A stretch of DNA of 64,000 nt from an uncultured Pseudomonadales bacterium. GTDB lineage: Bacteria > Patescibacteriota > Microgenomatia > UBA1400 > PJMF01. This document shows, piece by piece, positions 54,328 to 64,000 of this stretch. The DNA is taken from assembly GCA_964393205.1 (NCBI GenBank), contig CAYMSV010000003.1:98608-162607 (forward strand), written 5' to 3'. Within the stretch, counting starts at the first letter, position 1; every line of letters begins with the position of its first letter. A program made the position numbers and the translations under genes. Below the pieces are notes generated by a model that was not told the DNA's origin, ran no database searches, and saw only the letters and a program-made list of their open reading frames with translations.

Positions 54328-55858
54328 TATTATAATTGTTTTCAGGAGCTCCTAAAACAGTAATTTCTGGACCCGGATTAAACTGATATTTTTCAATGAC
54401 ATTTTTGTGTGGAAAGACTACTATTTCATAAAGTGGTAGGTTAAGAATTTTTTCTTCTTTTTTTTCTTCATCAATAATAAATAGCTTTTCTGCCAAGTGG
54501 TGGTCTTCAAATTTTAGAGTTGGATTGGACATGGTAGATAAAAAATATCGATAATTTAATCCATAAGGATCTTTTGATTCAGATAAAAGCACGATATTAT
54601 ATTTTTCATCTTCAGCAACTCGTTGTTGAATACTTTCAGCTACTTTTTTAACATCTTCTGCCCGCCAGCCCAAATTTTCCAGTCGATAAAGATCTAGATT
54701 TCTCCTGATAAAGAAAATTAAAAACATGCTAGTAGCTAGATAAAAAAGCCACTTAGGCTTAATTTTACTCAGTATCCAAGCATAAAAAATATAAACCATT
54801 GGTAAAAGATAAGCAAAATAGTGAGGGTAGACCTCGTGTTGGTAGAGGCTGAGACCTAACAAGCCTGTACCTAGATAGCTAAAAAGCACTATTTCTTCAT
54901 TTTTAATTTTTTGGTGATTTTTTAATAGGTAAAAAATAAAGAATAAGAAAGTGATTGTTAAGAAAAAATTATTGATACCAAGATCAGCAAAAGTACTGGT
55001 AAAAAGGACCTGTTTACTTTGTCTTTTGAAATCAATGGTAAAAAGTTTAATAATAGCATTGAAGCCTTCTCGTCCACTTTTTCTTTCTAAATCAAAACTT
55101 TGTTCTTTATTAAAGATGTTACTGAGTGCTTGTAAATTTCGCCAGTTATATTTGTAATCAAAAAGCATTAAAGGAGTGAGCGAACTTAGAAAAATAAATA
55201 GAGACAAAAGGCTGTGTTTAAACAATTTTTTAGTTTTTTTCTTTTTAAGTTTTTCTCTGAGACTTAAAATAAAAATGATTGCTGCTCCACCCAAAGTTAA
55301 GAGGGCAACATAGTGGAGTTGAACAAGGATGCTAAACATCAGGCTAACTAATAACCAATAGCGCGAATCTTTTTTCCAAGCTAAAAAAGTGAAATACATC
55401 ATTAATAGAGAGAAAAAAGGAGCTGGATTGGGATTCCAACTAAAACGAGCTAGTTCTACAGTGATGTGAGACAAGGCAAAGAAAACAGTGGCTAGAATAG
55501 CCATTTTTTGATTAAAAATCTTTTTAACAATTAGATAAATTAAAGCTACAGTTATTACCCCTAAAACAGCTACCGCATAAACTGGTCCAATCGGGTTGGG
55601 ATAAGATAAAAATAGAAAAGGCAACATAAAATAATAATAAAAAGGTCCAAGATACATGTTGCCAATGCTAGTAACTGGACCGATAAAAACTAGATCTTTT
55701 TCTTTAAAAATATTGGCTACTACCAATGCATCACGTGCTTGATCGGCTTGAAAGACGAAAGTGTTTTCCAAATTATAAAAACGCAAAAAAGTAGCTACTA
55801 TTAAAATAAGTACTAAAAAAATATTAGCTGGCTTTAAATATTTTTTAACATTAATCAT
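54320..55858 (-). CDS. GT-C-fold glycosyltransferase, ArnT/PMT-like (second copy)
   Basis: Polytopic; N-terminal 'FRFYNLENTFVFQADQARDA' loop. Similar size and architecture to 50782..52311. Confidence 0.6.
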   Translation of the reverse strand: MINVKKYLKPANIFLVLILIVATFLRFYNLENTFVFQADQARDALVVANIFKEKDLVFIGPVTSIGNMYLGPFYYYFMLPFLFLSYPNPIGPVYAVAVLGVITVALIYLIVKKIFNQKMAILATVFFALSHITVELARFSWNPNPAPFFSLLMMYFTFLAWKKDSRYWLLVSLMFSILVQLHYVALLTLGGAAIIFILSLREKLKKKKTKKLFKHSLLSLFIFLSSLTPLMLFDYKYNWRNLQALSNIFNKEQSFDLERKSGREGFNAIIKLFTIDFKRQSKQVLFTSTFADLGINNFFLTITFLFFIFYLLKNHQKIKNEEIVLFSYLGTGLLGLSLYQHEVYPHYFAYLLPMVYIFYAWILSKIKPKWLFYLATSMFLIFFIRRNLDLYRLENLGWRAEDVKKVAESIQQRVAEDEKYNIVLLSESKDPYGLNYRYFLSTMSNPTLKFEDHHLAEKLFIIDEEKKEEKILNLPLYEIVVFPHKNVIEKYQFNPGPEITVLGAPENNYNNE

Positions 55859-55862
55859 GAAG

Positions 55863-57050
55863 TTATTTTTTTAATTTTTTTATTTTTGTTTTTTTATTTT
55901 TTTTCCAAATAAAAGCATTATAGGCAAAATAGTTCCAAAACATGCCAATTAAAATACCAACTATCGCAAACAAAGTACCAGTGTCAAATGGATAGTTGAT
56001 AATTGGTATTATGAAGATGTTTTGCAGACCAAGAGTTGTTTCTCCAATAATAGCTACTAATTGTTGAATTGCTATGGAACCGCCAGAACTGAGATTAAAT
56101 TTTATAAAACTAAGTGGAATTTCTTTAAATTTTAGTTTACGATCAGCAAACGTCCAGAGGTTGCTCAAAATGAAATTGGAAACAACTGCCGTCTCAATGG
56201 CGGCAAAAAAAGCTAATTGAAATGGAAAAAATAAGCGCCAAAGCTGCAGAGATAATAATTGAACTAAAGCTCCTACTGAGCCGACTACAGCAAATTTAAA
56301 CACACGCATTGCCAATATTTCTTGAATTCTAACTTTCATAATGTATAACAGAGTATTTTTGATGTACTCTGGTCCTATTTTACTTTTACCAATTTCCCGA
56401 TCTTTAAAAGCAAATGCCACTTCGCTAATTTTAAAATTTTTCCTCAAAGCTTTGTGTAAGAAGCCGATTTGAAAAGTATAGCCGAAAAACCTTTCAAACT
56501 CTAGTTCTTTAACTACTGCTTGATAAACTTCTTTTTTTATTGCTCGATAACCTGTTGTCCAATCATGAATCGAATAATCCATCATTATTGTTCTAATAAA
56601 TAAATTACCAAAAATACTGAGAAATTTTCGATGAAGCCCCCAGTTTTCAGGAATGGAGCCTCCTTTAATATATCGAGAACCCAAAACCAAATCACTACCT
56701 TGGTCAATTCTTTTTAACATTTCTGGAATTTTATGGGGATCGTGAGATAAATCGGCATCAAATTCAAAAACTAAATCAGCCTCCAATTGATTAAAAGCTT
56801 GATCCATCCCTTTTAAATATGCTGCTCCTAAACCGTTTTTTTCTTTATTAAGCAATAATTTAAGGAAAGAATATTTCTTTTGTAGTTTTTTGACTACTTG
56901 AGCTGTTCCGTCTGGAGAATTATCGTCAACAACTAAAATCTGCATTTGCCAATCATTAATTTTTTGAAAAACTTGACTCAATTTCTTAAGAGTGCGGGCT
57001 AAATTACCAGCCTCATTATAGGTGGGGATAATAATAATAGCTTTTTGCAT
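55863..57050 (-). CDS. GT2 polyprenyl-phosphate sugar synthase fused to a C-terminal GtrA-like four-TM domain
   Basis: 'IIPTYNEAGNL', 'VDDNSPDGT', 'EFDADLSH'. A C-terminal roughly 130 aa with four TM helices (FKFAVVGSVGALVQL…) is typical of the GtrA/flippase-like family. Confidence 0.75.
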   Translation of the reverse strand: MQKAIIIIPTYNEAGNLARTLKKLSQVFQKINDWQMQILVVDDNSPDGTAQVVKKLQKKYSFLKLLLNKEKNGLGAAYLKGMDQAFNQLEADLVFEFDADLSHDPHKIPEMLKRIDQGSDLVLGSRYIKGGSIPENWGLHRKFLSIFGNLFIRTIMMDYSIHDWTTGYRAIKKEVYQAVVKELEFERFFGYTFQIGFLHKALRKNFKISEVAFAFKDREIGKSKIGPEYIKNTLLYIMKVRIQEILAMRVFKFAVVGSVGALVQLLSLQLWRLFFPFQLAFFAAIETAVVSNFILSNLWTFADRKLKFKEIPLSFIKFNLSSGGSIAIQQLVAIIGETTLGLQNIFIIPIINYPFDTGTLFAIVGILIGMFWNYFAYNAFIWKKNKKTKIKKLKK

Positions 57051-57064
57051 CTTATTAATTGTTT

Positions 57065-58042
57065 TTAATTACTAGATTTTTTTTCAATTTCAATATCTGC
57101 TTCAACCATGATCTTGACTAATTCTTCAAAACTTACACTTGGTTGCCAATTTAGGACTTTTTTAGCCTTACTAGGATCACCAATTAATAGATCAACTTCC
57201 GCTGGTCTATCATATTTCTTATTGTGTTTATAATATTGCTGCCAATCACCTAAATCAGCTGCTTTACAGGCTAATTCTAAAAATTCTTGAACACTGTGGG
57301 TTTCTCCAGTAGATATAACATAGTCGTCGGGCTCTCTTTGTTGAAGCATTAAGTGCATTGCTTCAACGTAATCTTTAGCATAACCCCAGTCTCTTTTGGA
57401 TTCTAGATTACCCAACTCAACATATTTTTGTTTACCCAGTTTTATTCTAGCTACAGCATTGCTGATCTTACGAGTCACAAATTCTAGACCACGTCTTGGA
57501 GATTCGTGATTAAATAAAATTCCAGAAACAGCATACATATTGTAGGATTCTCGATAATTAACCGTAATCCAATGTCCATAAACTTTGGCTACACCGTATG
57601 GAGATCGAGGATAAAAAGGAGTTTTTTCATTTTGAGGAACCTCACGAACCTTACCAAACATTTCACTAGAACTGGCTTGATAAAATTTGGCTTTTGGACA
57701 AGCTAGGCGGACAGCTTCTAGTACTCTAGCCACTCCAATAGCAGTAAATTCGCCGGTTAATATGGGTTGTTCCCATGAGGCTTGAACAAATGATTGAGCA
57801 GCCAAATTATAAACTTCTTCAGGCTGAATATCCTTGAGGGCAAAAGTTAGAGAGTGTTGATCCATTAGGTCTCCAGAAATCAACTCTAAATTAGGATTAT
57901 GAATAATGTTTTGAATACGAGCAAAATTTTGTGTACTAGTACGGCGGGTGAGACCGTAAACTTTATATCCTTTATCTAGCAACACTTCAGCTAAATAAGA
58001 ACCATCCTGACCGGTAATACCAGTAATAAAAGCTTTTTTCAT
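57065..58042 (-). CDS. gmd: GDP-mannose 4,6-dehydratase
   Basis: '[16 protein letters not shown]', 'YxxxK' 'YGVAKV', typical Gmd length. Confidence 0.9.
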   Translation of the reverse strand: MKKAFITGITGQDGSYLAEVLLDKGYKVYGLTRRTSTQNFARIQNIIHNPNLELISGDLMDQHSLTFALKDIQPEEVYNLAAQSFVQASWEQPILTGEFTAIGVARVLEAVRLACPKAKFYQASSSEMFGKVREVPQNEKTPFYPRSPYGVAKVYGHWITVNYRESYNMYAVSGILFNHESPRRGLEFVTRKISNAVARIKLGKQKYVELGNLESKRDWGYAKDYVEAMHLMLQQREPDDYVISTGETHSVQEFLELACKAADLGDWQQYYKHNKKYDRPAEVDLLIGDPSKAKKVLNWQPSVSFEELVKIMVEADIEIEKKSSN

Positions 58043-59013
58043 TTTTTACCTTTCTTTCTTTCTTTAAGTTGATCGCGCCACCAATCAAGCACTCTTTGGA
58101 GAGTAGTTTCTATCGGATAATTAATTTCCCAGCCCAGGGATTTTATCTTGCTATTATCGCAAATTAAAACAGGTCGATCAACTGGTCTAAGGCGATCTGG
58201 ATCAATTTCTAATTTAATTTCTGCCTTAGCCAAATCAACTAAAATTTTTAAAATTTCTTGCATGCTATGACCGATTCCAGAACCAATGTTGTAAACTTCA
58301 GTACTTACACCTTTATTCATTAACAAGATATAGGCTTGGACCATGTCTTTGACATCGGTAAGATCTCTAACAGCGGATAAATTGCCAACTTTCAAGACTG
58401 AGCTTTGTTTATTCTCAATTTTGACGATTTCGCTAGCAAAATCACTGACGGCAAAACCAAGAGCTTGTCGCTCACCAATGTGATTAAAAGGTCTAGCTCG
58501 AACTATATCTAGTTTTTCTGCTTGAGTATAAGAATAACTTAAATAATCTTGAATCATTTTTGACAAAGCGTAGGGATTGCTTGGCCCAATGGGCGCATTT
58601 TCACCTAAGGCTTTCTCACTATTTTTATATTCAAGAGCTGTACCAATGCTTAATAGGCGAGCTTGAGGAGCATGTTCCTTCATAGCTTCTAAAACATTGA
58701 GTTGTAATTTTAGATGGGTTTCTAAAATAAATTGTTTTTGTTTAAAACTATTACCAACATTAGCCAGTGAGGCCAAATGATAAATTTGTTGGGGTTTTAG
58801 TTCCTTGAATAGTTGACTGGTTTTTTCGTGATCAGTTAAATCTAGGGAGTGAATGTGACCCGGTCCAAGCAATTCCTTTAAAAAACCACCTTCATCACGA
58901 AAAGCGGTCAGGTGAATATTACTATAACCTTGTTTTATTAAAGCCTCCGTAAGATGACTGCCGGCGAAACCAGTGCCACCAGTAATTAAAATACATTGAC
59001 TTTTATTTGCCAT
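58039..59013 (-). CDS. rmd: GDP-4-keto-6-deoxy-D-mannose reductase (Rmd-like SDR); product probably GDP-D-rhamnose
   Basis: '[14 protein letters not shown]', 'YALSK', and '[12 protein letters not shown]' matching Rmd '[12 protein letters not shown]'. Overlaps gmd by 4 nt. Confidence 0.6.
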   Translation of the reverse strand: MANKSQCILITGGTGFAGSHLTEALIKQGYSNIHLTAFRDEGGFLKELLGPGHIHSLDLTDHEKTSQLFKELKPQQIYHLASLANVGNSFKQKQFILETHLKLQLNVLEAMKEHAPQARLLSIGTALEYKNSEKALGENAPIGPSNPYALSKMIQDYLSYSYTQAEKLDIVRARPFNHIGERQALGFAVSDFASEIVKIENKQSSVLKVGNLSAVRDLTDVKDMVQAYILLMNKGVSTEVYNIGSGIGHSMQEILKILVDLAKAEIKLEIDPDRLRPVDRPVLICDNSKIKSLGWEINYPIETTLQRVLDWWRDQLKERKKGKK

Positions 59014-60303
59014 TTAACTTTTTCCAATTCCAAAATATTGATATCCGGCTTGTTTAATTTCTTCTGGATTAAGTTGATTGCGACAATCAAAGATAATCTG
59101 TTGTTTTTCTTCCTTATGTTCTTTGTAAGGAAATTCTATAATTTCTGGCCATTCAACTAGCAAGAAGATGGCGTCTGCATCTTTGATAGCCAGTTCAATG
59201 TTTGCTACTTGTTGATGTTCACCTAAATCAGTTCCCATAAATTTTTTGTAATCAGCCATTGGATCGTAACTCTTCACTTTAGCGCCTTTGGCAATTAAAT
59301 GAGGAATAACCTTGGTACTAGGTGCTTCTCGCATATCATCAGTATTGGGTTTAAAAGATAAGCCAAGAACAGCAATTTTTTTATTAGTAAAACCATCCAT
59401 CTTCTTTTCAAAATCTGTTAAGAGACTAAAAATTCTTTGTTTATTAATTTCATTAACCTTATTGAGTAGGTTACCTTCTTCACCGATGGTTCGAGAATAA
59501 GCTGCTAATTCTTTAACGTCTTTGGGAAAACAAGATCCTCCGTAGCCTAAGCCTGGGTACCAATAATGGCGACCAATTCTTTGATCGTGACCAATAGCTT
59601 CAATCACTTCTTGGATATCAGCTCCATTTTTTTGACACAAATTAGCGATTTCGTTAATAAAAGTAATGCGAGTAGCCAGATAGGCATTAGCAGTATATTT
59701 GGCCATTTGTGCTGAGGCAACGCTGCAATGAATAATTGGAGCAGAAAGTTTTTGGTGAAGCTCGCTTAATTTATCAAAAACAAATTTATCGTTAGCACCG
59801 ATAACAATTCTATCTGGATTAAGAGTGTCATAGACGGCACTGCCTTCTCTTAGAAATTCTGGCAGTGATGCTCCATAAAATTTAACTTGGGTTTTTTCTT
59901 TAATTTTTTTAATAACTTGTTCTAGAGTTCCTGGAGGAACTGTTGATTTAATGGCAACAATAGCATTTTCTTGAAGGTGAGGAGCAAGGCTTTCAGCGCT
60001 CATCATTACATATTTTAAATCAGCTGTTTCGTCTGGGGCAGAAGGAGTGCCAACGGCAATAATAACAACTTCGCTTTGACTAATTGCTTCTTTATAAGAT
60101 GTGGTAAAGCTGAGTCTTTTTAATTTTTGTTGTTCAATTAATAATTTTTCAAGATCTGGTTCAAAAAAGGGCACCTGACCTTTTTTGAGGGAGTCTACTT
60201 TTTTTTGATCAATGTCTAAACCGATTACTTGATTGCCAAGTGAAGCATAAACAGCGGCCGAAACCACTCCTACGAAACCAGTGCCAATAATGCTAATTGT
60301 CAT
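59014..60303 (-). CDS. ugd: UDP-glucose 6-dehydrogenase family (nucleotide-sugar dehydrogenase)
   Basis: N-terminal 'ISIIGTGFVGVVSA' Rossmann fold; catalytic Cys region 'GYGGSCFPKD'. Confidence 0.8.
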   Translation of the reverse strand: MTISIIGTGFVGVVSAAVYASLGNQVIGLDIDQKKVDSLKKGQVPFFEPDLEKLLIEQQKLKRLSFTTSYKEAISQSEVVIIAVGTPSAPDETADLKYVMMSAESLAPHLQENAIVAIKSTVPPGTLEQVIKKIKEKTQVKFYGASLPEFLREGSAVYDTLNPDRIVIGANDKFVFDKLSELHQKLSAPIIHCSVASAQMAKYTANAYLATRITFINEIANLCQKNGADIQEVIEAIGHDQRIGRHYWYPGLGYGGSCFPKDVKELAAYSRTIGEEGNLLNKVNEINKQRIFSLLTDFEKKMDGFTNKKIAVLGLSFKPNTDDMREAPSTKVIPHLIAKGAKVKSYDPMADYKKFMGTDLGEHQQVANIELAIKDADAIFLLVEWPEIIEFPYKEHKEEKQQIIFDCRNQLNPEEIKQAGYQYFGIGKS

Positions 60304-60379
60304 AATTGTAAGCTTTTCTTAATAATTTTATATTTGTATTATAATGACAAGACTAATATAACACCAGTAAGAGTAAAAT

Positions 60380-61039
60380 ATGATTATTAATTTTTTAACT
60401 ATTTTTCCCGATTACTTCTCAAACGTCCTGTCTAGCTCTATCTTGAAACGAGCCAAAGAAAAAAAAGTGGTTGATTATCAGATAATTAATTTACGAGATT
60501 TTGCTCAAGACAAGCATCAAACTACCGATGATAGACCCTTTGGTGGTGGTCCAGGGATGGTGATGATGATTGAGCCAATTGATTTAGCACTTAAGAGTTT
60601 AAAACAAAGAAAAGGTGGCGATAATAAAAAAATTATTTTAACTTCAGCCAAAGGAGCTTTATTTAATCAGCAAAAAGCAGAAAATTGGAGCGAGTTAGAC
60701 GAGCTGACTATCATTTGCGGCCATTACGAAGGAGTAGATGAGCGAGTAGCTCAATATTTAGTAGACGAAGAAGTCCGTATTGGCAATTATGTTTTAACTG
60801 GTGGAGAACCGGCCGCAGCAGTCATGAGTGATGCTGTTGTTAGGTTATTGCCCGGAGTCCTTGGTAATGAGCAAAGCAATCTTGATGAATCACACAGTCA
60901 GCCGGGTTTAGCTGGTGAAAGTCAATACACTAGGCCCGCAAAATATAAAAATTGGGATGTGCCCGAGGTTTTATTAAGTGGAGATCCAAAAAAAATTAAC
61001 GCTTATAAAAAACAGTTTAGAAAATTGGTCAATGACTAG
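60380..61039 (+). CDS. trmD: tRNA (guanine37-N1)-methyltransferase
   Basis: 'INFLTIFPDYF', 'DDRPFGGGPGMVM', 'ICGHYEGVDERV'. Confidence 0.9.
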   Translation: MIINFLTIFPDYFSNVLSSSILKRAKEKKVVDYQIINLRDFAQDKHQTTDDRPFGGGPGMVMMIEPIDLALKSLKQRKGGDNKKIILTSAKGALFNQQKAENWSELDELTIICGHYEGVDERVAQYLVDEEVRIGNYVLTGGEPAAAVMSDAVVRLLPGVLGNEQSNLDESHSQPGLAGESQYTRPAKYKNWDVPEVLLSGDPKKINAYKKQFRKLVND

Positions 61040-61043
61040 GCTT

Positions 61044-61925
61044 TTAAGCTTTAACTTGGCTAATAGCCTCTTCAATATTTGTTAATTTAAAATCTAGAGC
61101 TTCTTCAAGTTTTTTAGTTGATAGGGCGGTGTTTTTTTGATAGGGTCGCTGACTTGTTTTTAAATATTCTTTTAAACTGCCTTCTTCGACTTGATAGTCA
61201 ATATTAAGTTTTTGACTAATGGTTTTAGCAAAATCATAATCAGTCCACTTTTCTCCGCTACTAGCATTAAACAAACCACTTAGATTGAATCTAATAACAG
61301 CATCTAGTACCTTGGCAAAATCATCAATAAAAGTTGGTCCAAAAAAATGATCACTGAACTGTGGATAGATTTTTCCGGCTCTCATACCTTCAATTAAGCG
61401 GTGAGCGATATCTAGTTTAGGAAAGAGGTCAGATCGAAAAGGCTGATCAATGCGCAAAATAGTCCAAGATAAATTTTCACTTTTTTGAACAACTTCCTCT
61501 GCCCAAGCTTTAGTTTGACCATACCATTCAATTGGTGAGAGTGGGTCGGCTTCAGTGTATAAAGTTTCTTTCTCGCCGTTAAAGACATAGGCTGTTGAAA
61601 TATGAATTAGATGTTTATCAAATTTTTGACAAGCCTGAACAATATTTTTGGTACCCACTACATTAACTTGATAGCAGCTCGCAGTCTTATCATTTCGCTG
61701 TTCCCAAGCAGCGTTGACATCAGTAAAAGCTGCAAAGTGAACAAGATATTTGGCATCCGACTGACTAATTATGTTTTCAAGTTGATCTAGATTAGTAATA
61801 TCAACTGGTCGTTTGGGGTCGCGTAGATCTAAATTATCAAATTCATATTTGTCTTGAAAGTCTTTGACAAATTTAGAACCAACTAAGCCATTTAATCCAG
61901 TGCCTAAAACTTTAGTCTTTGTCAT
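61044..61925 (-). CDS. rmlD: dTDP-4-dehydrorhamnose reductase
   Basis: SDR fold, 'YGQTK' YxxxK, about 290 aa; sits immediately downstream of rmlB-rmlC. Confidence 0.7.
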   Translation of the reverse strand: MTKTKVLGTGLNGLVGSKFVKDFQDKYEFDNLDLRDPKRPVDITNLDQLENIISQSDAKYLVHFAAFTDVNAAWEQRNDKTASCYQVNVVGTKNIVQACQKFDKHLIHISTAYVFNGEKETLYTEADPLSPIEWYGQTKAWAEEVVQKSENLSWTILRIDQPFRSDLFPKLDIAHRLIEGMRAGKIYPQFSDHFFGPTFIDDFAKVLDAVIRFNLSGLFNASSGEKWTDYDFAKTISQKLNIDYQVEEGSLKEYLKTSQRPYQKNTALSTKKLEEALDFKLTNIEEAISQVKA

Positions 61926-61926
61926 T

Positions 61927-62940
61927 TTAAATCCCGTATTGTTTAATAAAAAAATCGCTATTTTTTTCTTTAAGAGGTCGCCACCAATCTTGATTATCTT
62001 GATACCAGTTAATAGTTTTTTGTAAACCTTCTTCTAAATCAACACTGGGTCGCCAATCAAGAGCTTTTTCGCTCTCAGAAAAGTCAACGCTGTAGCGACG
62101 ATCATGGCCGGGACGATCTTTGACCATTTCAATAGCATCTTCACTTTTACTCATTAGTCGAATAAGTATTTTAATTAGTTCGAGATTGTTAACATCCTTA
62201 TATAAACCACCAAATAAATAAGTTTCGCCAATTTTTCCTTTAGTTAGTGCGGCTTCAATGCCTCGACAATGATCTTGAACATAAAGCCAGTCTCTAACAT
62301 ATAAGCCATCTCCATAAACTGGAACTTTCTTGTCATCGATTAGATTACTAATAGCTAGAGGAATCATTTTTTCAGGGAATTGATACTCGCCATAATTATT
62401 GGAGCAATTACTAATGGTAAAGGGTAGACCATAGGTGTCGCCGTAGGCACGAACTAAATGGTCGGCAGCAGCTTTACTAGCGCTGTAAGGACTATGGGGA
62501 TCATAAGCGCTATTTTTATCAAACTTTTCACTACTATCTAAACTAAGTGCACCAAATACTTCGTCAGTAGAGATATGGTGGAAGCGTTCAACTTTGTGTT
62601 TAAGCGCTGCTTCTAGTAAAACTTGAGTACCAATAACGTTGGTTTGTAAAAATAAGCCCGGATCTATAATAGAGCGATCAACATGTGATTCAGCGGCAAA
62701 ATGAACTACTATGTCAACGCCATTCATTAGTTCGCCAACTATTTGTCGATCACAAATATTAGCTTGAACAAAGTGATAATTACTTAAGTTTTCTACTGCC
62801 TTTAAGTTTGCTAAATTGCCCGCATAGGTTAGGGCATCAAGGTTAATAATCTGATCTTCTGGATGATTTTTTAGCCAATAGTGAACGAAGTTTGAGCCAA
62901 TGAAACCGGCTCCGCCAGTAACTAGAAGTGTTTTTGCCAT
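61927..62940 (-). CDS. rmlB: dTDP-glucose 4,6-dehydratase
   Basis: 'LLVTGGAGFIGSNFV', 'YSASKAA', 'DHCR', collinear with RmlB. Confidence 0.9.
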   Translation of the reverse strand: MAKTLLVTGGAGFIGSNFVHYWLKNHPEDQIINLDALTYAGNLANLKAVENLSNYHFVQANICDRQIVGELMNGVDIVVHFAAESHVDRSIIDPGLFLQTNVIGTQVLLEAALKHKVERFHHISTDEVFGALSLDSSEKFDKNSAYDPHSPYSASKAAADHLVRAYGDTYGLPFTISNCSNNYGEYQFPEKMIPLAISNLIDDKKVPVYGDGLYVRDWLYVQDHCRGIEAALTKGKIGETYLFGGLYKDVNNLELIKILIRLMSKSEDAIEMVKDRPGHDRRYSVDFSESEKALDWRPSVDLEEGLQKTINWYQDNQDWWRPLKEKNSDFFIKQYGI

Positions 62941-62941
62941 T

Positions 62942-63550
62942 TTAATCCTTTTGATTTAGTTCTTTTAAAGTGATGCTATCAAGATCTCGTTGAGAAATGA
63001 TTAATTCTTCTTTTGGAAATGGCCATTGAATATTTAATTCTGGATCAAAAATTGATATGGCTTTGTCATCTGCAGGGTTTCTGTCTTTATAGAGTTGATC
63101 AACCCCATAAAGATAATAAACTGGGCCTTCAATGGCACATATCGAATTACCTAGCTTAGCACTAATATATAGAGCTTCACCCCATTTACTATCATTTTTA
63201 GCCTGAAAATTAAAATACTCAACTTTTTTGTAAGTGTTTGAATCTGGACGAATATCGGCCAAGACACAGAGGGCGTGACCAGATAAAACTGTTATTAATT
63301 TGTTCCAACCCTCAGCATGTAAACCTCGAACGACTTTTGTTTGAGAAACTGACAAATTAACCTGCTTAATTTGAAAATCGGGATTGATTTGTTGTGAAAT
63401 ACGTTTTGGTTCCAAGACTTGAGAAAATAAGCCCCTATCATCAATGAATTTAGGATATTTTATATAATATAAACCATCAATTGCAGTGCTAAAAATATTT
63501 TCTGCTATTTCTTGGTTGCTATTGGCTTGATAAAAAAGATTATTGTCCAT
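62942..63550 (-). CDS. rmlC: dTDP-4-dehydrorhamnose 3,5-epimerase (cupin)
   Basis: About 200 aa cupin; 'DDRGLF', 'RGLHAEGW'; adjacent to rmlB. Confidence 0.75.
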   Translation of the reverse strand: MDNNLFYQANSNQEIAENIFSTAIDGLYYIKYPKFIDDRGLFSQVLEPKRISQQINPDFQIKQVNLSVSQTKVVRGLHAEGWNKLITVLSGHALCVLADIRPDSNTYKKVEYFNFQAKNDSKWGEALYISAKLGNSICAIEGPVYYLYGVDQLYKDRNPADDKAISIFDPELNIQWPFPKEELIISQRDLDSITLKELNQKD

Positions 63551-63553
63551 AAT

Positions 63554-63781
63554 TTAATCCTTAATTATTTGTCCTTGGTTATCAATAATTTGATATGAAT
63601 CTTGAATTAATTGTGCGCTTTCACTAGCACCAACCATCATTTCTAGTCTAACAAAACGGTCTTCTAGTCGTTTATATTTGCGCTCATTATTTTCCAAGGC
63701 AGTTTGGAAGTAACCTAGGGCTAAAGCCAAAAAAACTAGTAAAATAAAAAGCGCGCGGTTAAAAGTTTTTTGTTTAGACAT
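63554..63781 (-). CDS. Small membrane-anchored protein (75 aa), unknown
   Basis: Single N-terminal TM. ORF only. Confidence 0.3.
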   Translation of the reverse strand: MSKQKTFNRALFILLVFLALALGYFQTALENNERKYKRLEDRFVRLEMMVGASESAQLIQDSYQIIDNQGQIIKD

Positions 63782-63787
63782 TAATTA

Positions 63788-64000
63788 TTAGTTTAACTTA
63801 TTTTCTACAAAAAAATCTTTAAGAGTTTCTCTAAATAGCGCCAAGTCGCGAATTTGATAGATCCACTGCTGTTGAGTTTGCCAAAGAGGTGGATGAAAAA
63901 TCAAACCCTCATCGTTTTCTGGGTAAACAGGGATACTATAAGAGACAAATTCTGGAATTAAGGAGATTGTTTGTTTGCCTTGATTAATAACTAGCCAACT
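63788..64000 (-). CDS. Partial CDS (C-terminal 70 codons; gene continues right of the window), unknown
   Basis: My manual minus-strand translation is open to the window edge: …SWLVINQGKQTISLIPEFVSYSIPVYPENDEGLIFHPPLWQTQQQWIYQIRDLALFRETLKDFFVENKLN*. Confidence 0.3.
   Translation of the reverse strand, partial: SWLVINQGKQTISLIPEFVSYSIPVYPENDEGLIFHPPLWQTQQQWIYQIRDLALFRETLKDFFVENKLN

Noticed and set aside
1-64000. CRISPR arrays, rRNA genes, IS elements or prophage
   Set aside because: No periodic repeat-spacer structure, no rRNA-like conserved stretches, and no transposase/integrase/capsid-like ORFs were seen anywhere in the window.

Overview
This is a 64 kb window from a gene-dense, low-GC bacterial chromosome. 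About 70 genes sit with almost no intergenic space and many have 1-8 nt overlaps; my inference from this content and style is a streamlined Patescibacteria/CPR-like or similar reduced organism using the standard genetic code. Most of the window is housekeeping: MetRS, an archaeal-type AspRS, GluRS, DnaX, YbaB, RdgB, YbeY, RmuC, RecJ, ExoIII, the CCA enzyme, TrmD, Frr, RseP, SecDF, PrmC, TatD, a D,D-carboxypeptidase and a class I aldolase FbaB. There is a fermentative acetate/ATP module (pyruvate formate-lyase, its activase and a fused ADP-forming acetyl-CoA synthetase), a CoaD-CoaE fusion, a MacAB-type HlyD/ABC/FtsX exporter, and a Dsb-type redox pair. Two tRNAs are present, tRNA-Glu(CTC) and tRNA-Gln(CTG), both on the minus strand. 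The accessory content is concentrated in three places. (i) A tRNA-Glu-flanked islet (19.3-25.6 kb) with two large membrane-anchored unknown proteins, then a four-gene secreted-protein operon containing a TasA/camelysin-family protein with a SipW-cognate-type signal peptide and a CAP-domain protein. (ii) A nucleotidyltransferase-fold protein plus a two-component system with a histidine-less kinase-like protein, interrupted by tRNA-Gln (47.4-50.7 kb). (iii) A 13 kb envelope-glycosylation operon (50.8-63.6 kb) with two polyprenyl-phosphate-sugar synthase (GT2) / GT-C transferase modules, one of them a GtrB-GtrA fusion, next to genes for GDP-D-rhamnose, UDP-glucuronate and dTDP-L-rhamnose. An A10 tract in dnaX at the expected gamma/tau junction, with immediate stops in both alternative frames, is a candidate programmed-slippage site. 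No CRISPR, rRNA, transposase or integrase was recognised.
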